In this document: piece by piece, positions 60,371 through 64,000 of the stretch
Layout of the letters: each line of letters starts with the position of its first letter
How positions within the stretch are numbered: position 1 is the first letter of the stretch
Source: Okamejei kenojei
Taxonomy: Eukaryota
DNA: 64,000 nucleotides
Direction of reading: 5' to 3'
NCBI GenBank assembly: GCA_035221665.1
Contig: CM069141.1
Coordinates: 47,244,001 to 47,308,000 of the forward strand
Program-made: the position numbers and the translations under genes
The notes under the pieces: generated by a model
Told to the model about the DNA's origin: nothing
Databases searched by the model: none
The model's input: the letters and a program-made list of their open reading frames with translations, nothing else

Positions 60371-61084
60371 TTTACAACGGTATGGTCACATCATAAAAGA
60401 CCTATTGGCGAACTTTTCTTTATTATCGATATCCATAAATGTGGATCGTTATGTGAGATGGCTTTTAGTGGAATTTTGATACTGTGAGATTTGTTGTTTT
60501 GATCTCTGTAATAGATGGGCTGAATCTTTCCATGTCAAAAAATAAAATCACCCGTAATTGAAAGCAGAGTGCCTGAGAATATTTGAAATACTTTAAACTT
60601 ATCTCGACACCCTAGCAACTTCACTCATCTGAAAAATGTAAGATAAGACACAGTTTCTCCTGCAACAGCCCCAACAATAAAAATAAACCCTTACCTTCTT
60701 TCTTCCTTGCAGCTGGCACTTTTGTCCCTGTCTTTTGAATTGCTCCTTATTGTTGACTTCTGGTTCGCATGGCCACTGTACAATTCCCCTTGTTACTAGC
60801 CATATTGGATTTAACTTGGCCTACCTGTGTGAAACAGCGAAGAATCAAATTAGTGGCATTCAGCCCCTCAAGCCAGTTCCTCCATTCAACATGTTGAATG
60901 GATGTGGACCAAAAGGCCATGAATTTCTTGCGAAAGTCTGGGTTTCTGGGTCAGATTCCAAAGGAAAAATGGAGCATAGATCCAGTAAGGGTACTTCAAG
61001 AATTAGCTTTACACGGAGCTGCACATCGGTAGACTATAATCCACCAAAGTCAGGGACAGTATAACAATAATAGAGAAGAAGTAC

Positions 61085-62762
61085 ATCAAAGCAAAGATGA
61101 GCGGGAAGCAAGAGGATTGGGTAGTGTTTAAAGATCAACAGAAGATAACTAAAAATGCTATACGGGGAGAAATTATGAGGTACGAAGGTAAGCTAACCAA
61201 GAGTATTAAGGAGGATAGTAAAAGATTGTTTAGGTATGTGAAGAGGAAAACATTAGTTAAGACCAAAGTTGGACCCTTGAAGACTGTAAAAGGTGAATTT
61301 ATTATGGGGAACAAGGAAATGGCAGAAGAGTTGAACAGGTCATTGTCTCCGTCTTCACTAAGGAGGACACAGACAAACTTCCTGATGTTCTAGTGGCCAG
61401 GGGATCTGGGGTGGTGGAGGAACTGAAGGAAATCCACATTAGGCAGGAAATGGTATCGGGTAGACTGATGGGACTGAAGGCTGATACATCCCCAGGGTCT
61501 GATGGTCTGCATCCCAGGGTATTTATGGAAGTGGCTCTAGAAATCGTGGGCGTATTGGTGTTATTTTTCCAATGCTCTATAGATTCAGGATCAGTTCCTG
61601 TAGCTAATGTTATCCCACTTTTTAAGAAATGCGGGAGAGAGAAAACCGGGAATTATAGACCTGATAGTCTGATATCAGTGGTGGGGAAGATGCTGGTCAA
61701 TCATAAAAGATGAAATAGCGACGCAGTTACAGGATTGGTCTAAGTCAGATGGAAAATGGGGGAGGGGGGCAGTGGATGTAGTTTACCTGGACTTTCAGAA
61801 AGCATTTGATAAGGTCCCACATAGGAGATTAGTGGGCAAAATTGTGGAACATGGTATTGGGGGTAGAGTGCTGACATGGATAGAAAATTGGTTGGCAGTC
61901 AGGAAACAAAGAGTAGGGATGGCAGGCAGTGACAAGTGGGGTACCACAAGGCTCGGTGCTGGGACCGCAGCTATTTACAATATACATCACTGATCTAGAT
62001 GAAGGGATTCAAATTAACGTTAGCAAATTTGTAGACGACACAAGGCTTGGTGGCTGTGTGTACTGTGAGGAGGATGCAAGGTGACGTGGACAGGTTTGAT
62101 GAGTGGACAGGTTAGATGCAGTTTAATGTGGATAAATTTGAGGTTATCCACTTAGGTAGCAAAAACAGGAAGGCAGATTATTATCTAAATGGTGTAAAGT
62201 TGAGAAAAGGGGAAGTATAACGAGATCTGGGGGGTCATTGTTCATCAGTCAATGAAAGTAAGCATGCAGATGCAGCAGGCTGTGAAGAAAGCGAATGGCA
62301 TGTTGGCCTTCATAACAAGAGAAGTTGAGTATAGGAGCAAATAATGTCCTTCTGCAGATGTATAAGGCCTTAGTGAGACCACGCCTGGAGTATTGTGTGC
62401 AGTTTTGGTCCTCTAATTTGAGGAAGGACATTCTTACTATTGAGGGAGTGCAGCGTATGTTCACAAAGTTAATTCCCGGGATGGCGGGACTGAGAGAATT
62501 GAATGGCTGTGCTTGTATACTCTGGAATTTATAAGTCTGAGGGGGGATCTTATTGTAACATATAACATTATTAAGGGTTTGGACACGCTAGAGCCAGAAA
62601 AGATGTTCCCGATGTTGGGGGAGTCCAGAACCTGGGGCCACAGTTTAAGATTAAGGGGCAATCCATTTAGAACGGAAATGAGGAAAAACCTTTTCACACA
62701 GAGAGTTGCGAGTCCGTGGAATTCTCTGCCTCAGAAGGCGGTGGAGGCCGGCTCTCTGGATA
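61085..62762 (+). mobile_element. CR1 LINE, RT region, decayed
   Basis: VVYLDFQKAFDKVPHRRL, LVRPRLEYCVQFWS, FTQRVASPWNSLPQKAVEA. Runs into a GA-rich tract and a gap. Confidence 0.93.
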
Positions 62763-64000
62763 GAGAGAGAGAGGGGGGTGAGGGAGAGGGGGAGAGGGGG
62801 AGAGGGGGAGAAGGAGAGAGGGAGAGAGGAGAGAGAGGGAGAGAGAGTGAGGGAGGAGAGAGGGAGAGGAGAGGGAAGAGAAAGAAGAGAGGAGAGAGAG
62901 AGAGAGAGAGAGGAGGGGGGGGCGAGGGATAGAGGGGGAGGGGAGAGAGAGGGGGAGAGAGAGGGAGATAGAGGCNNNNNNNNNNNNNNNNNNNNNNNNN
63001 NNNNNNNNNNNNNNNNNNNNNNNNNNNNNNNNNNNNNNNNNNNNNNNNNNNNNNNNNNNNNNNNNNNNNNNNNNNNNNNNNNNNNNNNNNNNNNNNNNNN
63101 NNNNNNNNNNNNNNNNNNNNNNNNNNNNNNNNNNNNNNNNNNNNNNNNNNNNNNNNNNNNNNNNNNNNNNNNNNNNNNNNNNNNNNNNNNATTCCAACCT
63201 CTTAACGCTTCCTCAGGCCATGGGGAAACGTTGCTACCAAATGACTTTCAATGATAAACTTATGGACAAATGCAAGAAAGCGGCTATGACATATAATGCA
63301 CAATAAACTGTATCACAATTACACAATAAATAAATGATGCATTCATGTACTCTTACATGGGTCTGACCCGACCAGTCGGCGCTCGCACTCCGTCATCCTG
63401 CGTGCCCAGAGTAAAAGATTTGTCATTGTCAAATGTTGGCAGGTATGCTATTGTCTATTGTCAAATTAGTTCGGAATTGAATGCTACTTCGTAATTCGTC
63501 CTACATTATTCTGGAAAGAACAGGAAGCGGTAGCATGTGCTGCCAATTCGTAAGTGCCGTCAGTATGACAAAGCAAACACCTATTAGGCTATTCCGTGAC
63601 ATATTAAGAATACAATATTTGAGCCAAAAAGATGCAGTGTACCAATCAAAGCAAGTTGTTGTTTTTTAGCTCCGCGCATGACTGTTGTGCACTATACATG
63701 GATTGTTAACTTGTTGGGTGGCAGTAAAAATGGTGACACAGCATCGCATGGTCATTGCCATTTATCGTCCACGCTCATTTTTGGCGTGCATCCGGCAGAT
63801 TCATTTTTGGTTGCTTTCGAAGATTTCTTATTGTATTTGTAGTTGGTGCATTACTGTCTTCGGAGGAAAGACATTGCAGAAATTGTGAGTTGTAGCCGTG
63901 TTTTGAACAACATTATTTTAATGCTGGAATGTTGTAATTGGAATTTGAAATGAAATATATCAATTGCACAAAGTTTCATATCAACAATGGAAGTAATGCA

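Noticed and set aside
60685-60715. Acceptor-like pyrimidine tract + CAG on the + strand, overlapping AAG/GTAAGG on the - strand; possible constant exon or antisense exon
   Set aside because: No similarity to Pcdh constant exons (no PNxDW-type motif), and a lone splice-like signal is not evidence without transcripts.
63630-63650. gcagtgtaccaatc, a partial CSE-like match
   Set aside because: Lacks the CGCT core and the flanking conserved promoter blocks.

Overview
Vertebrate genomic DNA, most likely a skate or ray (HE1-type SINE, elasmobranch CR1/Penelope repeats; inferred, not looked up). It carries part of a tandem clustered-protocadherin array on the + strand. There are three intact ~795-aa single-ORF genes (14472-16868, 32589-34973, 51251-53644), the 3' end of a fourth entering the window, two long disrupted copies (39599-48183, 57802-60370) and three 3'-only relics. 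Six copies have a conserved CGCT+CCAAT promoter element, ~230-240 bp upstream of the ATG where the 5' end survives. Intergenic DNA holds CR1, Rex1, Penelope, DIRS, Gypsy and probable Helitron elements, often nested. The most unusual object is a non-autonomous LTR element (41196-47809; TG...CA, 5-bp TSD, PPT) inserted in a protocadherin pseudogene. Its interior has no gag/pol. It instead carries a truncated 7SL (SRP) RNA copy and an intronless SNRNP40 mRNA fragment, and its 5' LTR was later hit by a Rex1 LINE and a Gypsy element. All calls come from reading the sequence by eye, so repeat boundaries are approximate unless junction bases are quoted.
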